Source: an uncultured Acidobacteriota bacterium (GTDB lineage: Bacteria; Acidobacteriota; Vicinamibacteria; Vicinamibacterales; UBA2999). Taken from it: 64,000 nucleotides of DNA. Location of the stretch: NCBI GenBank assembly GCA_963750995.1, contig CAVVST010000003.1:217018-281017 (forward strand). Reading direction: 5' to 3'. The notes under the pieces are model-generated. The model searched no databases, was not told the origin of the DNA, and saw only the letters and a program-made list of their open reading frames with translations. The translations under genes were made by a program, and so were the position numbers. Shown piece after piece: positions 16,170 to 24,865 of the stretch. How positions within the stretch are numbered: the first letter of the stretch is position 1; every line of letters begins with the position of its first letter.

Positions 16170-17114
16170 TTACTGGGCGCCGCCCCGCAGGCGCTCCTCG
16201 GCTTCTTTCCTCCCCTCCGGCGTCATCTTCTCGAAGGCGAACGCATCCTCGTTCGCCGTGCAGAGGTATTCCGACCAGACGTCGTTCGGATCCTGCGCCA
16301 GCGTCCAGGTGTGCGGCGCCGACACCAACGGCTTCAGAAGCACAACGGGATCGATGACGGTGTACTGGTAGGTCAGATAGTGCTTCGAGTTCCGGGTGAA
16401 GCGCTCGATCACGCGCTCCTCGGGGCTGTGCGTCCAGGCGTTGTTGTCTCCCCTCGCTCCGACCGAGATGTTCCGCATCCGCGTGTCGATCGCAATCGTG
16501 TCGACGACCAGCGTATCGCCTTCCCAGTGGCCGACGGACTCGCCGTTGAATGTGACGTCGGGGCTCTTCGAGTGCGGACGCCCATCGGTCGGGATGCGCC
16601 TGATGGTCTGCGGGAATTCAGTCAAGATCCAGACGGCGCCCGGCTTCTGGATGATCTCCATCGGGCCGTGCTCGGTGGCCTGCGTCGTGATCGACGTCGG
16701 CGTGCCGCCGGGCGCACAGGTCCCGTACGGCGTCGGAAACTGGTACTTCGCCTTCGTTTCCGGCCTGAACTCCGCCGCCGGCTGCGGCGTCACCGCGGGG
16801 TCGTACTGGCCCATGACGTCTTCGCCGAGCCGGTATCCGCCCTGGAGCATCCGTCCGGCTCGGTTCGGATAGTACCGCCCGGTGAGGTCCGGCTTCCCGT
16901 CTTCTGCGCGCGGGGCGGGGCCGCCGTTGGGCAATACCTTCACGTCGCCGAAGTTCCCGGCGATACGCGACCAGTCCTTGGCCTGCGCATCCTGTGCCGC
17001 CTGAGTGTTCTGTGCGTTCTGCGCTTCGATCGGCATCGACAGTACGACCGCCGCCGCCAGCCCGAGTCCCGCGCGCACCCACGGTCCGCAGCCCCGCCGT
17101 GTCATTCCTTGCAT
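16170..17114 (-). CDS. secreted 'GxWEGDTLVVDT'-family protein, copy 1
   Basis: GGAGGG lies 6 nt upstream of the ATG at 17114. Signal-like WVRAGLGLAAAVVLSMPIEAQ. Motif VGHWEGDTLVVDTIAID; C-terminal region HYLTYQYTVIDPVVLLKPL. Confidence 0.7.
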   Translation of the reverse strand: MQGMTRRGCGPWVRAGLGLAAAVVLSMPIEAQNAQNTQAAQDAQAKDWSRIAGNFGDVKVLPNGGPAPRAEDGKPDLTGRYYPNRAGRMLQGGYRLGEDVMGQYDPAVTPQPAAEFRPETKAKYQFPTPYGTCAPGGTPTSITTQATEHGPMEIIQKPGAVWILTEFPQTIRRIPTDGRPHSKSPDVTFNGESVGHWEGDTLVVDTIAIDTRMRNISVGARGDNNAWTHSPEERVIERFTRNSKHYLTYQYTVIDPVVLLKPLVSAPHTWTLAQDPNDVWSEYLCTANEDAFAFEKMTPEGRKEAEERLRGGAQ

Positions 17115-17175
17115 CTCCGACCCTCCATCCGGTTGCGCATGAATCCCGATACAGGTCACATCAGCGCGAGCGGCG

Positions 17176-17631
17176 CTATTTGTCCCAGAAACTGAGTTTC
17201 TCGGGCGTCATGTTCCGCTCGACCACCTGCCCGACGATACGAATGACACCGTCCGCCAGCTTGATATATTCCGCGGCGCCTCTGTTCGTGCCGTCAATCG
17301 TGAAGGCACCCGCCCTGGCGGCGCAGCCCCGGGCGTGCATCACCTTGCCTATTGCGCTCTCGAAGTGCTCGCGCGTCGTGCCGTTACGCCGCAGCGCGTT
17401 CGGCGTGATCATTTCCAGCCGCCAGGGCTGAACCTTGCCGCTGGGCTCCTTCACATCCATGCGCAGCCACGCGTGCGGGTTTTCCCATTCGATCCCGGTC
17501 AGCGGTCCTGTGAGGTCCATGCACTTGGTCGAATCGAACTCCACCCCGAATGAATGATGGGCAAGCGGCGAATTCGCGGCGCCGAGCAGAACCAGCAGGG
17601 CGGTAACAAAGGCGGCAAACTGAACTTTCAT
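17176..17631 (-). CDS. small secreted 'A-HH / WxNPH' protein, copy 2 (longer C-terminus)
   Basis: GGAGGA Shine-Dalgarno sequence. MKVQFAAFVTALLVLLGAANSPLA|HHSFGVEF...IEWENPHAWLRMDV. Confidence 0.7.
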   Translation of the reverse strand: MKVQFAAFVTALLVLLGAANSPLAHHSFGVEFDSTKCMDLTGPLTGIEWENPHAWLRMDVKEPSGKVQPWRLEMITPNALRRNGTTREHFESAIGKVMHARGCAARAGAFTIDGTNRGAAEYIKLADGVIRIVGQVVERNMTPEKLSFWDK

Positions 17632-17714
17632 GAGAGGTGTCTCCTCCGGGGGCGCGGTCCCCGGAAATACGCTATACGTTGCGCTGCTTAAACTACTTGC
17701 GGGTACGTCATCTG

Positions 17715-18353
17715 TCAATCAATCACCCTGCCGAGCGCGGCGGAAGGCGCTACTGCGGCCGGGCGTTCGAGATACGCGGTCAGCGTCTGGTGCTCCGCAG
17801 GGGTGACCGGGGCGCCCAGCTTCACCATGCGGTCGATGATCGAGTCCCAGCTCTCGGCGGTCGCCGGCTTCGTCGTCGCCATCGCGAGGTCGTGACAGAG
17901 CTGGCACCGGCGCGCGAGGATCGCGGTGGCGTCGCCATCGGTCGCCGCAGTCGTGGCCCCGGCGGCGCGACCGCGTCGACCTGCCGCGGCTGGGGCGCCA
18001 CCTGCCGGCTGCGGGGGGACCTGTCCCCCGGTCGCCGTGAGATACGCCGTGAGCGGCTCGATCTCGTCCGGGAAGACCTGCGCTCCCCGGCCGATCATGC
18101 GATAGACGGTGTCCCTCCACTCGTCCGCGGTCTTCTTTCGAACTGCCACCATCCGCATGATGGCGCCGCCGTCGTGGCACCCCACGCAGATCTGCGTCAC
18201 CGCGGCCTTCCCCTTCTCGATGTCAGCTTGCGGCGCAGGCACCGCCTGTACGGGAACGAGGACGCGCGGTGCGCCGCTCGTGCCTTCGACACCGGGCGCC
18301 GCCCACACGGCGACCATCCACACGGCGAGGCATACGGGAGTGATCTGTCGCAT
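17715..18353 (-). CDS. dihaem c-type cytochrome (exported)
   Basis: ATG at 18353 overlaps the stop of the upstream ThDP gene (TAATG). Signal MRQITPVCLAVWMVAVWAAPG. CVGCH and CQLCH, each followed by W-x3-[VI]-x-RM (WRDTVYRM, WDSIIDRM). Confidence 0.75.
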   Translation of the reverse strand: MRQITPVCLAVWMVAVWAAPGVEGTSGAPRVLVPVQAVPAPQADIEKGKAAVTQICVGCHDGGAIMRMVAVRKKTADEWRDTVYRMIGRGAQVFPDEIEPLTAYLTATGGQVPPQPAGGAPAAAGRRGRAAGATTAATDGDATAILARRCQLCHDLAMATTKPATAESWDSIIDRMVKLGAPVTPAEHQTLTAYLERPAAVAPSAALGRVID

Positions 18354-20335
18354 TACACAGTCCTCGCCTTGCGCTGGATCTCGGCGATCGAGTGCCGCTG
18401 GTACCACGTCGGCTGGGACAGCGACGGACCGTCTTCTTCCACCTCGATGTCCATCAGCACGGCCTTGCCGTCGCGCATGCTGTGGATGGCGCGCTGCAAG
18501 GCGGGGACGAGCTCGCCGGCGTTGCGCACCCTCTCGCCCCGCAGGCCGTAGGCTTCGCCAATCTTTGCGAAATCGACGTTGGGGTCGCCAAGGTAGCCGT
18601 TATAGTCGCGGCCCTCTTCGAAGAACCGCCCGCCGCCGTTCATGTTGCGGGCGCGCGTCTCGTTGTACAGGTGGTTGTTCATGATCACGAGGAGCATGGG
18701 CGCCTCGTACCGCGCGATGCTCCACAGGGCCTCCGACTGGCCGAACAGGAAGCCGCCGTCGCCCTGCAGCGCGACCACCTGGCGCTCGGGGAGCCCGAGC
18801 TGCACGCCGAACGACGCCGCGACGCCCCACCCGAGCGCGGAACCGATGGTGCGGCCGTACTTCGCCTTGTTGTCGCCGCCGAACGTGAATTGGTTCAGCA
18901 TCTTGTAGGCCTGCGTGCCGAGTTCAGGGACGATCACGGCATTCTTGTCGAGCAGGCGTTCGAGCTCGAAGCCGACGCGCTCCCAGCTGAGGGGGCTCCG
19001 ATCGAAGAAGGCGTGGCGGGCGATCTCCCTCGATTTCTTCAGCTCCGCGGTGTGGGCGGACACCTCCGCGAGCCGGGTCGCGCGAATCCGCGCGATGCGA
19101 TCTCTCGTCAGGAGACTGTCAACCGCGTCGGATAAGTCACGAATGGCCAGCCGGACGTCGGACGCGATGGCCAGCTCCACCGGATAGACGCGGCCGAGGA
19201 TCACGGGATCGTGGCTGATGTGCACCGTCGGCGTGCCGGGCTGCGGCTCGCGGCGCTTGAAGCCCTCGCCGAACCCGATCATGAGGTCGGTCTGGCGCGG
19301 ATAGCGCAGCGTGCGCATCTGGCCCATGTACAGCGGGTGATCTGTCGGAAAATTCGCGTAGAGATCGTCCTCGGTGTCCGTGACGGGGACCGACAGCTTT
19401 TCCGCAAGGGCGAGCAGATCCGCGGTCGCTCCGTCCTCGAACACTTCCGGTCCGACGACGAACACCGGGTTTTTCGCTTCGACCAGCCACCGGGCCGCCC
19501 GCTGGATCGCATCGGTGGGGGCGCGGAACTTGTGGCGCGCGTTCGCCAGGTCGATCTTGTCGACACGCTGGCGCACGCGCTCGCCCGCCTGCGCCGTTCC
19601 CCACACCATCGTGACCGGTCCGCTCGGCGGCCCGTACGCAAACCTGATGGCGCGCCGCGTGATCTCGGCCATCTCGTCAGTCAGCAGGTTCGCCGTCCAC
19701 ATCGTGAACGGCTCGGTGGGCCTGAGCGTATCGTCCCAGCTTTCGAAGCCGTCCTTCCCCTGTGCCGACAGGTTTCCGTGCGAGTACGTCACGAGGAGCG
19801 GGACACGGTCCTTCCAGGCGCAGTACAGGTTGCTGATGGAGTTGCCGACGCCTGCGCCGCTGCCGAAAAAGAAGCCGAGGCTGCGGCTCGCCATCGCGTA
19901 GCCCGCGGCCGCAGCCACGGCGTGCCCCTCGTGGGTGACGTTGATGACCTGCACGTCGCCGGCGGCGTCGACCGCCTCCCAGAGCGGACCGAATCCGCTG
20001 GTGTTCGTATGAAAGAGCGTGCGGACACCTGCCGCGCGGAGCTGTGCGAGGACGGCCCCGGCGGCCGTGCCGTCGTACATCTCGAACGTTTCGCCACTCG
20101 GCAACGGACTGGCCACGACGCCCTGCGCGGCGCCCCCCGCTGCGGGCGCCGACCCGGTGGTGTCCTGGGCGAGCGCGGAGACCGACGGCCCCGCCCCGAG
20201 CGCGATACCCGTCACCGCCGTGGCGGCAAGAAAGTCCCGCCGGGACACGGTTGCGGCGTCAGCGTTCCGGCTGGGCGACTGCCCGTCCGCGTCAGTGACA
20301 GGAACGTTCGATGCCGGCTTCTTCGTGGTGCTCAT
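18353..20335 (-). CDS. Tat-exported thiamine-diphosphate-dependent enzyme (ALS/BFD superfamily), copy 1
   Basis: 660 aa. Twin-arginine signal SRRDFLAATAVTGIALGAGPSVSALAQ. Pyr-domain THEGHAVAAAAGYA. ThDP motif LQGDGGFLFG...LLVIMNN. Confidence 0.85.
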   Translation of the reverse strand: MSTTKKPASNVPVTDADGQSPSRNADAATVSRRDFLAATAVTGIALGAGPSVSALAQDTTGSAPAAGGAAQGVVASPLPSGETFEMYDGTAAGAVLAQLRAAGVRTLFHTNTSGFGPLWEAVDAAGDVQVINVTHEGHAVAAAAGYAMASRSLGFFFGSGAGVGNSISNLYCAWKDRVPLLVTYSHGNLSAQGKDGFESWDDTLRPTEPFTMWTANLLTDEMAEITRRAIRFAYGPPSGPVTMVWGTAQAGERVRQRVDKIDLANARHKFRAPTDAIQRAARWLVEAKNPVFVVGPEVFEDGATADLLALAEKLSVPVTDTEDDLYANFPTDHPLYMGQMRTLRYPRQTDLMIGFGEGFKRREPQPGTPTVHISHDPVILGRVYPVELAIASDVRLAIRDLSDAVDSLLTRDRIARIRATRLAEVSAHTAELKKSREIARHAFFDRSPLSWERVGFELERLLDKNAVIVPELGTQAYKMLNQFTFGGDNKAKYGRTIGSALGWGVAASFGVQLGLPERQVVALQGDGGFLFGQSEALWSIARYEAPMLLVIMNNHLYNETRARNMNGGGRFFEEGRDYNGYLGDPNVDFAKIGEAYGLRGERVRNAGELVPALQRAIHSMRDGKAVLMDIEVEEDGPSLSQPTWYQRHSIAEIQRKARTV

Positions 20336-20374
20336 ATGGCGTCCTGTTTCTGGTGAACTCGATCACCCTGGTGC

Positions 20375-21693
20375 CTATCGTATGGCAGACAATTGCTCGA
20401 GCAATTTGCCCCGGGCACTGCTGGCGGGGACGAAGCGCTGAATACGCTGTCCGGCAAACACCTCACCCGTATATATATAGTCCCGGGAATCCACCTCCAC
20501 CATGTGCAGGCCGTAGAACAGGCCGCCCTGGTCGCCCATGGTTCCGACGTTGCCGAGGATCTTCCCGTCCGCCCGGTTGAGGAACCAGACGTGGCTGTTC
20601 GCCATGTCGGAAATGATCAGGTAGCGCTGCTCCTTGTCGGCCGAGAACGCCACGCCGCCGGCGGCGCCGCGGTCCGACGGTGTCATCGGCGAGATCATGA
20701 ACTCGCGGATGAACTTGCCGTCCTTCGTGGTGACGTCGATCCGGTTCGCCCGGCGATCGGCAGCGTATACGAGCCCGTCATTGGAGAAGGCGAGCGTCAG
20801 GTGACCGACGTAGTCCTTGGGGGGTGTACCGCCAGGGGTGTAGACATGATCGGCGTCGTTCGTGCTGATGTCCGCCAGCGGTTTGCCGCGGGCGCCCCAC
20901 CCGCGCTTGAACGCGAACGTGTCGAGGTCGAACACCATGACGCGGCCGCCCAGGTAGCTATCCGCGACAAAGAGCTCGCGCCCGGCTTCGTCGACTCGGA
21001 CCTCCTCGATGCCGCCGACGATCATCGGCGTCGTCGGGGGTACTTTGCGCGGAAGACCGCGGTCGCCGCCGCCGCGGCCGCCGCGTCCGCGTTGCCGCCG
21101 CCGCGGCCGCCGCGCCCGCGCCCGGCCGCGCCTGGAGGCTGCGGAAGAAACCCGGCGATCGGTCCCTGGCCGCCCTGGCCCGGCACCACTTGCGGGAGCG
21201 CCGCCGGCCGATTGGGACCGCCGCCCTCCCGTTCGGGAGCGCGGGGCACCTCGGCGACCATCCTGCCGGTCCTTACGTCGTACTTGCGGACGGTGTCCTG
21301 CCCCAGGTACGCGAAGCCCTTGCTGTCGGTGTCCATCCCGTGGCCCTGCGGGGCCACGAACGATCCGATCACGTTGCCGGTCGAATCGAAATGAATCATC
21401 GAGGGCGGCCGCACGCAGCACGCGGCAAGGGGCGGCGTCGTCTCGGCGCCGAGCTCGAGGTTCGTCAGATCGTTCGGGCGGTTGTAGACCCAGATGCTGT
21501 CGTCGGCCATGATCGAGATCCCCATGACGCCGCCGATCTTCCATTTGTTCGGAAGCGGCCGGGGAAAATCGGGATCGAACTTGTAGCGTGGGGCGGCGTC
21601 GTTCTGCGCCGCGGTTCCCGACTGCAGGAGCATAAGGCCGAGGCCGGCCGCAATGGCGACGGCGATGGGTCGCACGCTACCTGGATGTCTCAT
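20375..21693 (-). pseudogene. secreted NHL-repeat beta-propeller protein, frameshift in a homopolymer (copy 1)
   Basis: ORFs 21022-21693 and 20375-21544 together align end-to-end with intact paralogue 47125-48429. The frame breaks at AVFRAKYP|PTTPMIVGGIEE, where the coding strand has C5 (G-run 21036-21040) and C6 would keep the frame. Confidence 0.75.
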
Positions 21694-21794
21694 ACCTCTG
21701 CCCTCGCGCCTGATCGTGAAGGTCGTGCGCGCAGCTTAGGGCCCCGGAGAGGTCGTGTCAATACCTCGGGAGTTCGGTTAAACTCTGGGCGTTT

Positions 21795-22634
21795 ATGCGT
21801 TTCATTACCCTCGTCATGATCGCAGCCGCGACCGCTGCCGCCGTGCCGCCCGTCTCACCCGCCGTGGGGGCCCAGGCCCCCGCCGGCGCCGCGTATACCC
21901 CGGGCCGAACGCCCGACGGCCATCCGGACCTGCAGGGCGTGTGGCGCGCCTGGAACCTGGCGAAATACGACCTCGAGGATCACAGCGCGAAGCCGGGGAT
22001 TCCGGCGGGGCGCGGGTTCGTCGTCGATCCGGCCGACGGCAGGATCCCGTACCGGCCCGAGATGTTGGCCCGGCGCCAGAAGAACTACGAGGGCACGCTG
22101 ACGCCGGACCCGATTGCGAACACGGATCCGCTGGCCAAGTGCTACATGCCGGGCGTTCCGCGGCTGACCTATCTCGGGTGGCCGTTTCAGATTATCCAAG
22201 ACCAGCGGGACGTGAACTTCACGTACGAGTGGAGCCACAAGAAGCGGATCGTCCCGATTGGTGACACCAGTCCCCTGCCGGATCCCGACGGCGGCCTGAA
22301 CCTGCGATGGAACGGCATGGCCCGCGGACGCTACGACGGCAACTCGCTCGTCGTCACGCTGGGGAATTTCAACGCCTATAGCTGGTTCGACATGGCGGGC
22401 AACTTCCACAGCGACGCCCTCACGGTCGTGGAGCGCTACACCCCGATCGGCCCCGACACCCTCCAGTACGAAGCGACGATGACCGATCCGAAGGTATTCA
22501 CGCGCCCGTGGACCATTCGTATGGTGCTGCAGCGCCAGAAAGAAGTCGGCCTGCTCGATTACGAGTGCACCGCCATGCTCGATGACCTCGGCATTCATCA
22601 CACCTTTCCGAGAGACTTCGATGTCCAGCAATAG
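21795..22634 (+). CDS. secreted 'WEGDTLVVDT'-family protein, divergent copy 2
   Basis: Signal MRFITLVMIAAATAAAVPPVSPAVGAQ. PDLQGVW...; the motif is degenerate (RGRYDGNSLVVTLGNF). C-terminal region LQYEATMTDPKVFTRPW is shared with the family. Confidence 0.65.
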   Translation: MRFITLVMIAAATAAAVPPVSPAVGAQAPAGAAYTPGRTPDGHPDLQGVWRAWNLAKYDLEDHSAKPGIPAGRGFVVDPADGRIPYRPEMLARRQKNYEGTLTPDPIANTDPLAKCYMPGVPRLTYLGWPFQIIQDQRDVNFTYEWSHKKRIVPIGDTSPLPDPDGGLNLRWNGMARGRYDGNSLVVTLGNFNAYSWFDMAGNFHSDALTVVERYTPIGPDTLQYEATMTDPKVFTRPWTIRMVLQRQKEVGLLDYECTAMLDDLGIHHTFPRDFDVQQ

Positions 22635-22647
22635 GGTAAGGAGCGTC

Positions 22648-23598
22648 ATGCAGAATCGGGCTTCGATCGTCCTGTTGATCGCGGTGCTCCTGGCCGGAGT
22701 GGCCGTCGTCTCCACGCCTGCCCTCGCTCAGGGACGCGGCGGCGGCGCGGGACGCGGCGGCGGCGCGCCCAGGGTGGCGCCGGCCCTTCCCCCGGCCGGG
22801 CCGATCCCGCGCACTGCGGACGGCAAACCTAACCTCGAAGGCGTCTTCAGCGGCATGGGCTCGGGCCTGACGCACACGGTGATTCTCGAGGATCACACCT
22901 CGGGGTTCGGCATTCGCGGCGGCAAGAGCCTGATCATCGACCCGCCCGACGGCGTCATCCCGTACCAGCCGTGGGCGCTCGTCGAGCGGAACAAGCGCCG
23001 GGAAGACGTCAATGCCTATGAGGATCCCGTGGGGCACTGCGAGTTCTACGACATCGGACGCCTGCACTCGTTCGCGCAGCGGTTCATGTACACCGGCGGC
23101 AACATCGCGATCGCGGGCCAGGAGCAGATCGTCCGCATCATCGACATGAACCGCAAACAGCACCTGCCCGCGAGCATTCGACTCTGGAACGGCGACCCGA
23201 TTGGCCGGTGGGAGGGGGACACGCTGGTCATCGACACGACCAATTTCAACGGCAGGACTCGCATGGCGCTCGGCGGCGACTTCTACAGCGTGAACGCGCA
23301 CGTCGTCGAGCGCTACACGATGACCGATTCCAACACCATCACGTGGACGATGACGATCACTGATCCGACGGTGTTTACGCGTCCGTGGACCTTCACCACC
23401 GCGGCGCCGATGACGCGGCAGGTCGAAGGCAGCAACGACTGGAACCGCGCTCTGCGTCTCCTCGACCCGGCGTGGGAACACGACTGCCATGAAGGCAACG
23501 TGGTGCTGCGGCACATGCGGAACCTGTACGACAAGGCGTATGGCGGCAAGCCGCGCCAGCAGACCATACCGGGATCAGTGCCGGCCACCGCGCCCTGA
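22648..23598 (+). CDS. secreted 'GxWEGDTLVVDT'-family protein, copy 3
   Basis: TAAGGAG Shine-Dalgarno sequence 4 nt before the ATG at 22648. Signal MQNRASIVLLIAVLLAGVAVVSTPALAQ. A GRGGG-rich linker, then IGRWEGDTLVIDTTNFNG and TWTMTITDPTVFTRPW. Confidence 0.7.
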   Translation: MQNRASIVLLIAVLLAGVAVVSTPALAQGRGGGAGRGGGAPRVAPALPPAGPIPRTADGKPNLEGVFSGMGSGLTHTVILEDHTSGFGIRGGKSLIIDPPDGVIPYQPWALVERNKRREDVNAYEDPVGHCEFYDIGRLHSFAQRFMYTGGNIAIAGQEQIVRIIDMNRKQHLPASIRLWNGDPIGRWEGDTLVIDTTNFNGRTRMALGGDFYSVNAHVVERYTMTDSNTITWTMTITDPTVFTRPWTFTTAAPMTRQVEGSNDWNRALRLLDPAWEHDCHEGNVVLRHMRNLYDKAYGGKPRQQTIPGSVPATAP

Positions 23599-23628
23599 CC
23601 GACACGCGGGGACGCAACGTCCCAGCGG

Positions 23629-24126
23629 CTACGACCTGTCGTATACGGCCGTCTCGGTATCGGATCCGCCGTCCTGCGTCACGGTTTTCCTGATCGAGAG
23701 CTCTTTGCCGGTCAGGGTCCAGACCTCCCGGAACTCGATCACCGTATCGCCGGCGGGCGAGGAGAACGACCGGCGCGACGTGATGATCAGGGTGGCGCCG
23801 TCGAACTTGGCCTCGGCGGTTTCCGTGATGCCTTCGGGCGCAGCCACGTTGACGCGGCTGCCATCGAGCTTGTAGACCGCCTTGAACGGATCCTGGCGAA
23901 CGCTCGTGCGCTCGACCGTCAGTTCCGTCGGCGTCTGCACGATGACCATCTGGCTGGGAAACGGCACGTCAGCGCCGTTGCCCGCGATGCGATCGCCGCT
24001 CTTGTCGAAGTTGAGGCGCCACGTGCCGGCAATATTCGGCGTCGATTGCGCCAATGCCGCCGGAGCCGTCGAGGCCAGCACCGCCGCCGCGAAGAGTACC
24101 GTCGCCCATGTCCGCCTGTTCTGCAT
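23629..24126 (-). CDS. secreted lipocalin-like beta-barrel protein
   Basis: Signal MQNRRTWATVLFAAAVLASTAPAALAQ, then GTWRLNFDKSG..., a typical lipocalin-like start. Two paralogues are in the window. Confidence 0.65.
   Translation of the reverse strand: MQNRRTWATVLFAAAVLASTAPAALAQSTPNIAGTWRLNFDKSGDRIAGNGADVPFPSQMVIVQTPTELTVERTSVRQDPFKAVYKLDGSRVNVAAPEGITETAEAKFDGATLIITSRRSFSSPAGDTVIEFREVWTLTGKELSIRKTVTQDGGSDTETAVYDRS
23729..23788 (-). repeat. 60-bp segment with an exact ectopic copy at 35612-35671
   Basis: cggaactcgatcaccgtatcgccggcgggcgaggagaacgaccggcgcgacgtgatgatc is identical at both sites in the same orientation. Here it lies inside the lipocalin-like CDS. Confidence 0.9.
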
Positions 24127-24149
24127 GATGGCCAGAGTTTACACCCGGT

Positions 24150-24340
24150 CGTTCGTAACTCGTGGGGTGTCGCCGGGATGTTTCCGGGCGGGTTTTTCGG
24201 CCCCCACCAGGTTGCCGTGGACCAGGAAGGCAACTTCTACACGGCTGAGGTCAATGGGGGGCCTTTTCAAAAAGTACCGGCCGCGGCGCGGCGCGAACCC
24301 CGCGTTGATGCTGGCCCCTACCCGCGAGCGGCGCTGAAGC
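24150..24340 (+). pseudogene. orphan C-terminal NHL-repeat stub
   Basis: The frame reads ...GMFPGGFFGPHQVAVDQEGNFYTAEVNGG.FQK.., matching the last blade of the NHL proteins (GGQFFGLELAATDSRGYIYTGEVFSGERVQR). There is no upstream coding partner: the lipocalin gene starts at 24126 on the other strand. Confidence 0.3.
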
Positions 24341-24426
24341 CCGAACGCATTGACGCCGCCGCCGTTTGCCGGGACCACCAACGGCCAGCGCGACAGAAGG
24401 TGCCCCGGCGCCGCCACCGGAAAAAA

Positions 24427-24455
24427 TTGACATGGCGTCGATCCAAGTGTATCTA
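24427..24455 (+). promoter_or_regulatory. sigma70-like promoter candidate (TTGACA-N17-TATCTA)
   Basis: -35 TTGACA at 24427-24432, a 17-nt spacer, and -10 TATCTA at 24450-24455, preceded by an A-tract. It lies about 410 nt upstream of the amidase start. Confidence 0.3.
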
Positions 24456-24865
24456 TGCCGCGCCTAACCCGTCAGTCCCTCTGCCCTGCCGCACATGACG
24501 GACGCGGCCTCCGTGTGTGTCGCACCGGCAGGCATCTGACGGGGAAATGCTATGAAGTTTTAGCGGCCATCCGCGCGACGGCGCCGATGCGTGTTCAGGG
24601 TCGCAATGTTGTTCCCGGCATGGCGTCCGCGCAGGCCGTGATCGGGGCCGGGCAAGCAAGCGCGCAAAGCCATCGGAGCCAGAGGGGACGCAAAGCGCGA
24701 TCTGAGCGGTATCGCTAGGACGAGCGCAATTTCACATGTGGCCTGTCCGATTTAACGGAGAGCTCCAAGGCCTAGGGGGGTGAAATGTTATCTACATCCC
24801 AGTGGGCAAAAAGAGTCAGCTTCACCGAAAGGTGGATGCGTCCGTCCCGCAAGAAGAATCAATCT

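Noticed and set aside
20311-20441. Possible regulatory small ORFs between NHL-1 and ThDP-1
   Set aside because: The gap between the annotated genes is only 39 nt, and the ORF-track entries here overlap the flanking CDSs in other frames.
24455-24718. 87-aa ORF in the leader upstream of the amidase
   Set aside because: It has an Arg/Gly/Ala-rich composition, no Shine-Dalgarno sequence and no family resemblance. It starts within the putative -10 element. It is more likely non-coding leader.
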